Source of the DNA: Christensenellaceae bacterium
GTDB taxonomy: Bacteria > Bacillota > Clostridia > Christensenellales > Christensenellaceae
Direction: 5' to 3'
Assembly: GCA_031556555.1 (NCBI GenBank)
Contig: JAVBSU010000141.1
Coordinates: 1-36,604, forward strand
DNA: 36,604 nt
Under the pieces are notes generated by a model that was given only the letters and a program-made list of their open reading frames with translations, made no database searches and was not told the DNA's origin. This document shows, piece by piece, positions 9,574 to 17,796 of the stretch (position 1 is the first letter of the stretch; each line of letters opens with the position of its first letter). The translations under genes were made by a program, and so were the position numbers.

Positions 9574-10158
9574 GTGTATATGAAAAAAAGCTTTTACGCT
9601 TACCTCTCCCGCTTAAAGCACATAAAGCGCTGGGGGCTCATGAGGAATACATTAGAAGAAAACGTTTCCGAGCACTCGTTTGACGTCGCGGTCATCGCCC
9701 ACGCGCTGGCCGTAATAAACCGGGAAATGTTCGGCGGGAGCATATCCGAGGCCGAAGCCGTGCTGGCCGCCCTCTACCACGAGGCGGGCGAAGCCATAAC
9801 CGGCGATTTGCCCACGCCGGTAAAATACTTTGACGACAGCATCGCCAAAGCCTACCAGAACATAGAAGCGCACGCCCAGAGGACCATGGCCGAAATGCTG
9901 CCCGGCCAAATGAAAGCGCGCATCGCCCCCTACGTATTGGGAGAAGTAGACCCGGAAGTCAAGCGCATAGTAAAGGCGGCCGATAAGATCTGCGCCTACG
10001 TAAAGTGCGTGGAGGAAAAAAAGAGCGGCAACACGGAGTTCACCAAAGCCGAGGCCCAGACGCTCAAAGCCATAAAACGAATGAACATGCCCGAAGCCGA
10101 TTACTTCTTGGAAAACTTTACGGAAGGTTATCTTTTAACGCTGGACGAATTAAATTAG
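9574..10158 (+). CDS. yfbR: HD-domain 5'-deoxynucleotidase (YfbR-like)
   Basis: YLSRLKHIKRWGLMRNTLEENVSEHSFDVAVIAHALA and YHEAGEAITGDLPTPVKY align almost block for block with E. coli YfbR as I remember it. The start could be the GTG at 9574 or the ATG at 9580. Confidence 0.85.
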   Translation: MYMKKSFYAYLSRLKHIKRWGLMRNTLEENVSEHSFDVAVIAHALAVINREMFGGSISEAEAVLAALYHEAGEAITGDLPTPVKYFDDSIAKAYQNIEAHAQRTMAEMLPGQMKARIAPYVLGEVDPEVKRIVKAADKICAYVKCVEEKKSGNTEFTKAEAQTLKAIKRMNMPEADYFLENFTEGYLLTLDELN

Positions 10159-10161
10159 GCG

Positions 10162-10968
10162 TTAAAGAACCTCGTTCATGCTGCCCCGGCGGTAGCCGCT
10201 AAGGTCGAGCGCCACGTAGGTAAAACCCAGTTCCTTAAGAAACGCGTCTATCTCTTTTGCCGCGTTTTTTTGGGTGAAGCCGGCGACTTCGTCCACGTTT
10301 ACTTCTATACGGGCCAGACCGCCGTGCACACGCACGCGCGCGTCCGCATAACCCAGGCCGTGCAAATAGCTTTCCGCCGCGTCCACCATCCTTAGTTTTT
10401 CTTCGCTTATGCGCTCGCCGTACACGAAGCGCGACGCCAGGCAGGCGTATGCGGGCTTGTCCCAGGTGCGCAGCCCAAGTTCGCGGGAGAGCGTTCTTAT
10501 TTCATCCTTGCCAAGGCCCGCGTCCTTAAGAGGGCTTAACAGCCCCAGTTCGGCAACGGCGCGCGCGCCCGGCCGGTAATCGGACTCGTCATCCGTATTG
10601 GAACCCTCGGCCAGGTTTTTAAAACCGTGCCCGCGGGCGATCTCTCTCGCCCTGCCCATCACGGCGCGCTTGCAGATGTAGCAACGGTCGGGCGGGTTTC
10701 CGGCAAAACCGTCGATCGTAAGCTCGTCCATGTCGAAAACAACTTGCTCAACGCCGTGCTCCTCCGCGAAGGCCCGGGCGCCGCCTATTTCCCAGCTCGG
10801 GGTGGAGCGCAGCCGCGCCGTTACCGCCAACACGTTACCGTTGAGCGCCATCTTAGCCGACTTCAATAAAAAAGCCGAATCCACGCCGCCCGAAAACGCT
10901 ACGGCAAGATTTTTTAGGCTTTTAAGGCTTTCCATCAGCTTTCTTTGTTTTTCGTTAATACTGTTCAT
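10162..10968 (-). CDS. larE: LarE, ATP-dependent sacrificial sulfur transferase (PP-loop ATP pyrophosphatase)
   Basis: It has the PP-loop AVAFSGGVDSAFLL and the conserved cysteine context YACLASRF. Length is 268 aa. Confidence 0.85.
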   Translation of the reverse strand: MNSINEKQRKLMESLKSLKNLAVAFSGGVDSAFLLKSAKMALNGNVLAVTARLRSTPSWEIGGARAFAEEHGVEQVVFDMDELTIDGFAGNPPDRCYICKRAVMGRAREIARGHGFKNLAEGSNTDDESDYRPGARAVAELGLLSPLKDAGLGKDEIRTLSRELGLRTWDKPAYACLASRFVYGERISEEKLRMVDAAESYLHGLGYADARVRVHGGLARIEVNVDEVAGFTQKNAAKEIDAFLKELGFTYVALDLSGYRRGSMNEVL

Positions 10969-10977
10969 ACTAATTTA

Positions 10978-11005
10978 ATTATATAGAGGTTTAACAAATG
11001 CGCAA
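10978..11005 (-). promoter_or_regulatory. Candidate larE promoter that would give a near-leaderless mRNA
   Basis: The minus strand reads TTGCGC (11000-11005), 16 nt, TATAAT (10978-10983), then only 9 nt (taaattagt, no SD) before the ATG at 10968. Confidence 0.4.
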
Positions 11006-11045
11006 CGTTTTATTAAAGATTGCTTAAGTATATTGAGAAAGCGTA

Positions 11046-11074
11046 TTGAGTCGTCTAAGATGATGTAGTATAAT
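11046..11074 (+). promoter_or_regulatory. Sigma-A-type promoter for the small ORF plus acyl-CoA synthetase
   Basis: TTGAGT (11046-11051), a 17-nt spacer, then TATAAT (11069-11074). Confidence 0.45.
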
Positions 11075-11100
11075 AACTTGAGTAAAGGGAGAGTAATATT

Positions 11101-11187
11101 ATGAAATTTTTGAGTTTGTTGACTTACGGAGTCATGGTATTCGTGGGAACGCTCATATTGCTGAAAACCCGGAAACGGGTGGCATAG
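11101..11187 (+). CDS. Candidate 28-aa membrane micropeptide (MKFLSLLTYGVMVFVGTLILLKTRKRVA)
   Basis: It is below the track's length cutoff. AAGGGAGAG lies 7 nt upstream of the ATG. It has one hydrophobic helix and a basic tail, and ends 34 nt before the acyl-CoA synthetase start. Confidence 0.35.
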   Translation: MKFLSLLTYGVMVFVGTLILLKTRKRVA

Positions 11188-11221
11188 AGCATATTATATT
11201 GTTTTGGGGGTATAAAATAGC

Positions 11222-12865
11222 ATGCCGATAACTGAGATATTGATCGAGAACGCAAAAAAATTTAGTGACGACATTTGCCTTGTGGAGCTTAATCCCGAGG
11301 TCCAGGAACATCACGAGAAAACCTGGAAGGAATATGAGCTCGTGGAACCGGGCATGGCAAAGGGCTACCGCTTTGAGATAACGTGGAAGGAATTCAACGA
11401 TAAAGCCAACCGCTTCGCCAACCACCTTCTCAGCAAGGGGATAGGCAAAGGCAACAAAGTCGCCGTGCTGCTCATGAACTGCCTGGAGTGGCTGCCCATT
11501 TACTTTGGCGTGCTAAAGACGGGCGCTGTCGTGGTTCCCATGAATTTCCGCTACACGGCGGACGAGATAAAGTACTGCCTCGAGCTTTCGGAATCGGACG
11601 CGCTTGTGTTCGGGCCGGAATTCTTAGAGAGGGTCTCGGGCATATGGGACAGCGTGCCGCGCGTCAAATATTTCTATTACGTCGACCTTTTAGGGGACAA
11701 TAGCTGCCCTTCCTTCGCGATGGACTACGATGAAACCGTTAAAGACGCTTCTACCGAAGAACCGGGAATACCCCTTTCGGACGATGAGGACGCGGCCATA
11801 TATTTCTCATCCGGAACAACGGGCTTTCCAAAGGCCATACTGCACACGCACAGCAGCCTCGTATCCGCCTGCGAAACCGAACAGAACCACCACTCCCAAA
11901 CAAAGGAAGACGTATTTTTGTGCATACCGCCCCTCTACCACACGGGCGCTAAAATGCACTGGTTCGGCAGCTTTCTTGTTGGCGGCAGGGCGGTAATACT
12001 GCGCGGCGTGAAGCCGAGGTGGATATTAAGGGCCGCTTCGGAGGAACAGGCCAGCATAGTTTGGCTCCTGGTACCCTGGGCGCAGGACATCCTGGACAGC
12101 ATAGAAAACGGCAAAATCAAGCTTGAAGACTATGACCTCGGTAATTGGCGGCTCATGCACATCGGGGCGCAGCCCGTGCCTCCCAGCCTCATAAAGCGCT
12201 GGCTGAAATACTTTCCCGATAACGAATACGATACTAACTACGGCCTGAGCGAGTCCACCGGCCCCGGCTGCGTGCACCTCGGTGTGGAGAACATAGCTAA
12301 AGTGGGCGCGATCGGCGTGCCCGGTTACAAATGGGAAGCTAAAATAGTTGACGAGGGCGGCGCGGAAGCCGCGCCCGGCGAAGTGGGCGAACTTATTGTA
12401 AGAGGCCCCGGCCTAATGAAGTGCTACTTCAACGACGAGGAAGCCACGGCCGCTTCGCTTAAGGACGGCTGGCTTTACACCGGCGACATGGCCAAGTGCG
12501 ACGACGGCTTCATATACCTTGTTGACCGCAAGAAGGACGTTATAATCTCGGGCGGCGAGAACATATACCCTGTGCAGATAGAAGACTTCCTGCACACTAA
12601 CGAGAACGTAAAGGACGTTGCGGTCATCGGCCTGCCCGACCACCGCCTCGGAGAGATAACCGCCGCCATACTAGAGCTCAAGGAAGGCGTTTCATGCACG
12701 GAAGAGGACATCGCCTACTTCTGTAAGGCGCTGCCAAGGTACAAGCGCCCGCGGCGGATAATCTTCGCCGAAGTCCCGAGAAACCTCACGGGCAAGATAG
12801 AAAAGCCCAAACTCCGGCAGACTTACTGCGGCGAATCGCTTGTCGAGGCGCAGACAAAAGGGTAA
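11222..12865 (+). CDS. AMP-dependent acyl-CoA synthetase/ligase (adenylate-forming class I)
   Basis: It has the AMP-binding motif YFSSGTTGFPKAILHTH, then GELIVRGPGLMKCYFND, YTGDMA and the C-terminal GKIEKPKL lysine motif. Confidence 0.85.
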   Translation: MPITEILIENAKKFSDDICLVELNPEVQEHHEKTWKEYELVEPGMAKGYRFEITWKEFNDKANRFANHLLSKGIGKGNKVAVLLMNCLEWLPIYFGVLKTGAVVVPMNFRYTADEIKYCLELSESDALVFGPEFLERVSGIWDSVPRVKYFYYVDLLGDNSCPSFAMDYDETVKDASTEEPGIPLSDDEDAAIYFSSGTTGFPKAILHTHSSLVSACETEQNHHSQTKEDVFLCIPPLYHTGAKMHWFGSFLVGGRAVILRGVKPRWILRAASEEQASIVWLLVPWAQDILDSIENGKIKLEDYDLGNWRLMHIGAQPVPPSLIKRWLKYFPDNEYDTNYGLSESTGPGCVHLGVENIAKVGAIGVPGYKWEAKIVDEGGAEAAPGEVGELIVRGPGLMKCYFNDEEATAASLKDGWLYTGDMAKCDDGFIYLVDRKKDVIISGGENIYPVQIEDFLHTNENVKDVAVIGLPDHRLGEITAAILELKEGVSCTEEDIAYFCKALPRYKRPRRIIFAEVPRNLTGKIEKPKLRQTYCGESLVEAQTKG

Positions 12866-12894
12866 GCGCCGGTATAGTATTTTTTCGCCTCCGT

Positions 12895-12922
12895 TTGACA
12901 TTATTGTAAAATGGGGTATAAT
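12895..12922 (+). promoter_or_regulatory. Strong consensus promoter inside the spacer downstream of the acyl-CoA synthetase
   Basis: TTGACA (12895-12900), a 16-nt spacer, then TATAAT (12917-12922). Confidence 0.45.
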
Positions 12923-12928
12923 AGGAGC

Positions 12929-13006
12929 AAGGATATGACCGTTTTGAACGGTTAGCCGTCACATGCTAAATAGCCGTCACGTACCAGTGTGGGCGGCTAT
13001 TTTTCT
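12929..13006 (+). ncRNA. Candidate ~80-nt small RNA or leader transcript
   Basis: It runs from the predicted TSS after the 12917 TATAAT to the terminator at 12970-13006. It contains the perfect hairpin ACCGTT-ttg-AACGGT, two direct copies of TAGCCGTCAC (12953-12962 and 12971-12980), and a 6-codon mini-ORF (MTVLNG) behind AGGAG. Its 3' end is antisense to the 3' end of the 22-aa ORF. Confidence 0.3.
12970..13006. terminator. Hairpin terminator shared by convergent transcripts
   Basis: ATAGCCGTCAC-gtacca-GTGtGGGCGGCTAT is followed by TTTTCTTT on the plus strand. It could also simply terminate the acyl-CoA synthetase mRNA. Confidence 0.6.
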
Positions 13007-13065
13007 TTGCGAAAAAGCTTGTGGAGGATCACAAGTATTACTACTAAAATGATTAAATACTCCAT
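12997..13065 (-). CDS. Candidate 22-aa hydrophobic peptide (MEYLIILVVILVILHKLFRKEK), type-I-toxin-like
   Basis: I translated it codon by codon. GGAGGTG lies about 8 nt upstream of the ATG at 13065. The stop TAG (12997-12999) lies inside the terminator hairpin. TTGCGG-17 nt-TATAAT lies about 85 nt upstream on the minus strand; the 13143-13155 stretch (gcgcggctattat) contains that TATAAT box. Confidence 0.35.
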   Translation of the reverse strand: MEYLIILVVILVILHKLFRKEK

Positions 13066-13266
13066 GAGCACCACCTCCGTCCTATCCCCACCCATAGTGG
13101 AAATAGAGCTTTGGCGGCTAACCGTCCGCAACCATATCCCTGCGCGGCTATTATACCTCAATTCAACCTCCTCCGCAACAAGGCGCTATTTACTGTTCTT
13201 TCGACCAAAACCAATCAACTTCGAAAACAAATTGCGTTTTTTTCCGCAAAATATTCGACATTAGTA

Positions 13267-13295
13267 TTGACATATGATCAATCGTGTACTAAATT
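13267..13295 (+). promoter_or_regulatory. Candidate promoter of the ABC/DeoR sugar locus
   Basis: TTGACA (13267-13272), 17 nt, then TAAATT (13290-13295). TTCGA(n)AAAAC-like repeats at about 13200-13260 could be operator sites for the embedded DeoR regulator; that is speculative. Confidence 0.35.
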
Positions 13296-13403
13296 AGAAT
13301 TAATTAATCAAAAGCGTTATTCCGTAAAAATAAAATATTAGTTTTACATGAGCCTGTCGGAAGAGTCACTTTTTCGCTACATTGTATACGAAGGGAAGTA
13401 CAT

Positions 13404-14912
13404 ATGGACAACATAATACTTCAGATTGAAAATGTTTCCAAAAGCTACGGCGTCGTCCAGGCGCTCACAAATGTGAGCTTCACCATAAAAAAGGGCGAAG
13501 TGCACACGCTTTTGGGTGAGAACGGAGCGGGCAAATCCACGCTTATAAAAATAATAAGCGGCGAGGAAGAACCGACCAGCGGCCAGATCATAATGGACGG
13601 CGAGCCAATAAAGCACTACGATCCCAAGCACGCCATGGACATGGGCATAGCGATGGTGCACCAGGAACTCGCCATCTTCGAGAACATGACCGTGGCCGAA
13701 AACATGTTTCCCGGCATGATTTACCGCACCAAGCGCGGACTCATAGACAGGAAAAAAATGAACGCGGAAGCCGCCGGCAAAATCCAGATGTTCGGCATGG
13801 ACATAAGCCCTTCGCAGAAAATGGACGAACTGACGCTGGCGCAGCAGCAAATGGTAGAGATACTGCGGGCACTTTCCGTCGGCCAGAAAATAATCCTGCT
13901 GGACGAACCCACCAGCGGCCTCAACATGGAGGAAGCGGACAAGCTTTTAGAAATAATAGGCCACCTTAAGGCCCAGGATATAACCGTAATATACATATCC
14001 CACCGCATAAACGAGGTCATGAGCATTTCCGACCGCATAACCGTTTTAAGGGACGGCACGTACATAGGCACTTACGGCAACACGAGCGAACTCACCGAAA
14101 TGGATCTTATAAGCAAAATGGTGGGGCGCGAGCTCACGGACACGCTTTACGCCGTGCGCGCGGACGACACCGTCATAAGCGACGAAGTCATATTCGAGGT
14201 CAAGGGCCTAACAAAGAGAAAATCCATACAGGACGTGAGCTTCGGGCTAAGGAAGGGTGAAATACTCGGCTTCTTCGGCCTTGAGGGTTCGGGCACCAAC
14301 TCGCTGTCCCGCATGATATACGGCCTTGAGGCGGCGAGCAGCGGCGAGGTCTTTTTCAAAGGGAAGAAGATAGAAAAGCTCAACACGCCCACCATGGTTC
14401 AAAACCGCATAATGTACCTTAACAACAACCGCAAAAACGCCGGCCTGCTACTGGAATCACCGGCCCTCGACAATATTTCGATGCCCATTTTAGATAAGGT
14501 CACCCACGGCATATTCCTCGATAAGGAAAAAATGATAGAGTACACGGACAAGTATATACGGGAGTTCAACATAGTGATACCTTCCGTGTGGCAGCTCCCC
14601 AAAAACCTTTCGGGCGGCAACCAGCAAAAGCTCATGTTCTCCGTGTGCCTGACGAGGGAGCCCGAAGTCCTCATACTGAACGAACCCACGAGGGGCGTTG
14701 ACGTGGGCGCTAAGTCCGAGATACACAAGTTCATGATAGACCTCGTCAAGAAGGGCGTTAGCATAATCGTTTTCAGTTCGGAAATGCCCGAGCTCATGAA
14801 CATAGCAGACCGCATAATCGTAATGCACGAGAACCAAGTGTCGGCCGAGATAGCAAAAGACGAAATAAGCGAAGAACACATACTGGCCTCGGCGTCAGGC
14901 ACCGTGCACTAA
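13404..14912 (+). CDS. Sugar ABC transporter ATP-binding protein with two fused ABC domains (RbsA/MglA type)
   Basis: It has Walker A GENGAGKST, a degenerate first signature, LSGGNQQK, and Walker B ILLDEPT / LILNEPT. At 502 aa it is typical of CUT2 ATPases. Confidence 0.92.
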   Translation: MDNIILQIENVSKSYGVVQALTNVSFTIKKGEVHTLLGENGAGKSTLIKIISGEEEPTSGQIIMDGEPIKHYDPKHAMDMGIAMVHQELAIFENMTVAENMFPGMIYRTKRGLIDRKKMNAEAAGKIQMFGMDISPSQKMDELTLAQQQMVEILRALSVGQKIILLDEPTSGLNMEEADKLLEIIGHLKAQDITVIYISHRINEVMSISDRITVLRDGTYIGTYGNTSELTEMDLISKMVGRELTDTLYAVRADDTVISDEVIFEVKGLTKRKSIQDVSFGLRKGEILGFFGLEGSGTNSLSRMIYGLEAASSGEVFFKGKKIEKLNTPTMVQNRIMYLNNNRKNAGLLLESPALDNISMPILDKVTHGIFLDKEKMIEYTDKYIREFNIVIPSVWQLPKNLSGGNQQKLMFSVCLTREPEVLILNEPTRGVDVGAKSEIHKFMIDLVKKGVSIIVFSSEMPELMNIADRIIVMHENQVSAEIAKDEISEEHILASASGTVH

Positions 14913-14939
14913 GTAACACGGATAAAAGGGGGTAAGCAT

Positions 14940-15971
14940 ATGAGTGTAAAAGATACAGGCATTAAGATCGACACAAAGAAAAAATTCGATCCAAGCTCTC
15001 TGACCATCATAATAATCGCCCTGGCGCTGTTCATATTCCTGTCGGCGACCAAGGGCAACACCTTCCTATCTTTCAACAACATACACTCCATACTCTACGG
15101 CGTTTCAATAAACTTCTTCGGCGCGATAGGCTTTACGCTGCTCATCATAATGGGCGAACTGGACCTTTCGATAGGTTCTGTGTTCGCCTTCTCGGGAATG
15201 ATGGCCGGTATGCTGATGAAGAGCGGCGCGGAGCTTTTCCCGGCTGTTGTGCTTTCACTGACGCTGTGCGGACTGATTGGACTCGCGAACGGCTTCATGG
15301 TCGTCAAGTTCAAGGTTTCCTCAATGATGGTAACGCTCGGGAGCATGACGGCTGTACGCGGGCTGGCCGATTTATTGTGCTCCAACCTCTACGGCTACGA
15401 TTACCCTCAGAAGTACCAGGCCATAGCAAAGGTGAGGGTGGGCGAAGGCCAGCAGGCCGTCTACCTTACAATAATACTAATGGTAGTAATGGTCATAGTA
15501 CTCGAAATACTCCTGAAACGCACATCTATCTTCAAAAAGATGTACTTCGTGGGCGAGAACATAGAGACGGCCAAAATATACGGCATACGGTCGGGCATGA
15601 TAAAAATAATCGTCTTCGTCGTGTCTTCCGTCGTTTCTGGGATAGGAGGGCTGCTGACCGGCGCGCGGCTGGGGTTCGCGGAGACGACTATCGGCCTTGG
15701 CCTGGAGTTCACCGTGCTGACGGCCGTCGTCCTCGGAGGCGCTTCCCTCTCCGGCGGCAAGGGCAGCATACTAAGGTCGTGCGTTGGCCTGATATTTTTA
15801 TCGATGATATCCAGCGGAATGATAATATACAACATAAACCCCCTCATCCAGCAGTTCGTGGTGGGCGTTATCCTGATAGTTGCCGTGTTCATAGACACGC
15901 GCGTGAGGATCGCGGGCGATAAGGGCGTTAGTAAGGCGCAGTCTTCACACAAGAAGGAGGCGGTACAATGA
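14940..15971 (+). CDS. CUT2-family sugar ABC transporter permease (RbsC-like)
   Basis: It is polytopic and carries GELDLSIGSV and VLGGASLSGGKGS blocks typical of RbsC/BPD_transp_2 permeases. Confidence 0.9.
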   Translation: MSVKDTGIKIDTKKKFDPSSLTIIIIALALFIFLSATKGNTFLSFNNIHSILYGVSINFFGAIGFTLLIIMGELDLSIGSVFAFSGMMAGMLMKSGAELFPAVVLSLTLCGLIGLANGFMVVKFKVSSMMVTLGSMTAVRGLADLLCSNLYGYDYPQKYQAIAKVRVGEGQQAVYLTIILMVVMVIVLEILLKRTSIFKKMYFVGENIETAKIYGIRSGMIKIIVFVVSSVVSGIGGLLTGARLGFAETTIGLGLEFTVLTAVVLGGASLSGGKGSILRSCVGLIFLSMISSGMIIYNINPLIQQFVVGVILIVAVFIDTRVRIAGDKGVSKAQSSHKKEAVQ

Positions 15972-16963
15972 AAAACAACGTAGCCGCAAGGAAAAACCCG
16001 CTCGGAGGCTTCTTCAAACGGACGGAAAGCATCTCCATAACGCTGTGCGTGGCCATGGTATTAATACTGGGCATAACGAGCAAGTACTTCTTCAATTCCT
16101 ACAACCTTGAATCGCTGGTATTCAGCATCTCCCCCGAGGGCATAGTCGCGCTGGGCATGATGATGCTGCTCATAACGGGCGTTTTCGACCTTTCGGTGGG
16201 TTCGGTGATGTGCCTTGGCGGCCTTGTCGCGGCCATGGCCCTTACGGCTGGCATGCCCACTCCGGTGTCGGTGTTCCTGGGCCTCGGCGCGGGCGCGCTT
16301 GTGGGCGTCATCAACGGCCTCATAACGGAAAAGGCGGGCGTCAACCCCCTTATAGCAACACTGGGCATGATGTACATAATAAGGAGTATAACGGAGCTAA
16401 TTATCGTCGGCCAGGGCCAGACGGGCTACTCCGACCTTCCCGAAAGCTTCAAGCAGATCGGCCAGGGCCATCTTTTCGGCATTTACTACATGTTCTGGAT
16501 AATGATAATACTCTGCGTGGTATTTACAATAATACTGAGCTACACCGCCTGGGGCAGGAGCATGTACTTCATAGGCGGCAACGAATCGGCAGCCCGCGCC
16601 ATGGGCATAAACAAGAGCCGCATAAGGATAAGCCTGTTTATAATAACGGGCGTGCTCGCCGCCCTTGGCGGAATACTCATAGACGCGCGCTCGGGCGCGG
16701 CCACGCGCTACATAGGCCAAAACTCGCACATGAACGTCATAATTTCCTGCGTAATCGGCGGCGGCAGCCTTTTAGGCGGCAAGGGCAACATGATAGGCGC
16801 GCTCTTCGGAACGTTCTTCCTGTCGCTCTTAAGCAACGCCTTCAACCTCTACGAGATCAACCAGCACGTGCAGAGCATTACGCTCGGCATAGTGCTCATA
16901 GCAGTCGTTTCCGTTGACGGCTACCTGCAAATAAGAAAGCGGAGAATGCTCGGAAAGGAGTAA
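15968..16963 (+). CDS. Second CUT2-family ABC transporter permease (RbsC-like)
   Basis: It has GVFDLSVGSV and IGGGSLLGGKGN blocks. It overlaps the previous permease gene by 4 nt. Confidence 0.9.
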   Translation: MKNNVAARKNPLGGFFKRTESISITLCVAMVLILGITSKYFFNSYNLESLVFSISPEGIVALGMMMLLITGVFDLSVGSVMCLGGLVAAMALTAGMPTPVSVFLGLGAGALVGVINGLITEKAGVNPLIATLGMMYIIRSITELIIVGQGQTGYSDLPESFKQIGQGHLFGIYYMFWIMIILCVVFTIILSYTAWGRSMYFIGGNESAARAMGINKSRIRISLFIITGVLAALGGILIDARSGAATRYIGQNSHMNVIISCVIGGGSLLGGKGNMIGALFGTFFLSLLSNAFNLYEINQHVQSITLGIVLIAVVSVDGYLQIRKRRMLGKE

Positions 16964-16969
16964 GCCTAT

Positions 16970-17749
16970 ATGTTGGCCGAAGAACGCTGGCAGCACATTG
17001 TAAACATAATCCAGAAAAAGAATATAGCGTCGGTCATTGAACTCAGCCAGAGGCTGAACACTTCCGAAGTCACCATAAGGCGCGACCTTAAAGAACTTGA
17101 GGAGCTCGGCAGGCTTAAGCGCACGCGCGGCGGCGCCGTAAGGATAGACCCTTACAGCGGCACTTACAACGAGCCGCAGTTCGCCGAGTTCGAAGCAATG
17201 AACATTGACCTTAAGGAGCGGATATGCCGCAAGGCGTACGATCTTATAGCGGACAATACGGCGATAATCATGGACTCTTCGTCCACCACCAAGCAGCTCT
17301 GCCAGATTATACGCCAAAAGCCGCCCGTGGGGCTTATGGTCGTCACCAATTCCGTGCACGTCGTTACCGAGCTTGCCAGCTGCGATGTGGAGATCGTCAT
17401 GATAGGCGGGCAGATAAGGAAGAACCTCCTCTCTTGCACCGGCCCGCTGTCCGACCTCATTTTAAGGCAGGTCAAGGTGGACAAGGCTTTCCTTGGGATA
17501 AACGGCATAGACTTTGTTGGAAACGTGCTTACGACGCCCAATATTTCAGAGGGCGCGGTCAAGCGGAACATGATGCGCTGCGCCCGCGAAACAATAATAC
17601 TCGCCGACCACACCAAGTTCAACGAGACGTATTTGAGCAAGGTGTGCGACGCGACGGACGTGGACTTAATAGTTACCGATAAGGAAGTGGATCAGTCCAC
17701 AATAGACGAGGCCAAGGAATGCGGCGTGGAACTTCTGGTTGCGGATTAA
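16970..17749 (+). CDS. DeoR-family transcriptional regulator
   Basis: It has an N-terminal winged HTH (ERWQHIVNIIQKKNIASVIELSQRLNTSEVTIRRDLKELEE) and a C-terminal DeoR sugar-phosphate sensor domain (ILADHTKF). Confidence 0.9.
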   Translation: MLAEERWQHIVNIIQKKNIASVIELSQRLNTSEVTIRRDLKELEELGRLKRTRGGAVRIDPYSGTYNEPQFAEFEAMNIDLKERICRKAYDLIADNTAIIMDSSSTTKQLCQIIRQKPPVGLMVVTNSVHVVTELASCDVEIVMIGGQIRKNLLSCTGPLSDLILRQVKVDKAFLGINGIDFVGNVLTTPNISEGAVKRNMMRCARETIILADHTKFNETYLSKVCDATDVDLIVTDKEVDQSTIDEAKECGVELLVAD

Positions 17750-17796
17750 TTTTAAACTTTAGCGAAAGCTATTAATATTAAGGAGGAAATGAAGTA

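Noticed and set aside
12989-13341. Plus-strand ORFs of 91 and 76 aa in the AT-rich spacer
   Set aside because: They have no SD, start inside the terminator hairpin and lie in low-complexity AT-rich sequence. The region is better explained by the convergent sRNA and peptide pair plus the ABC operon promoter.
15266-16917. Two long plus-strand alternative-frame ORFs (15266..15922 and 16210..16917) inside the permease genes
   Set aside because: Both are Arg/Gly/Pro-rich out-of-frame readings of genes whose annotated frames give textbook RbsC-like permeases.
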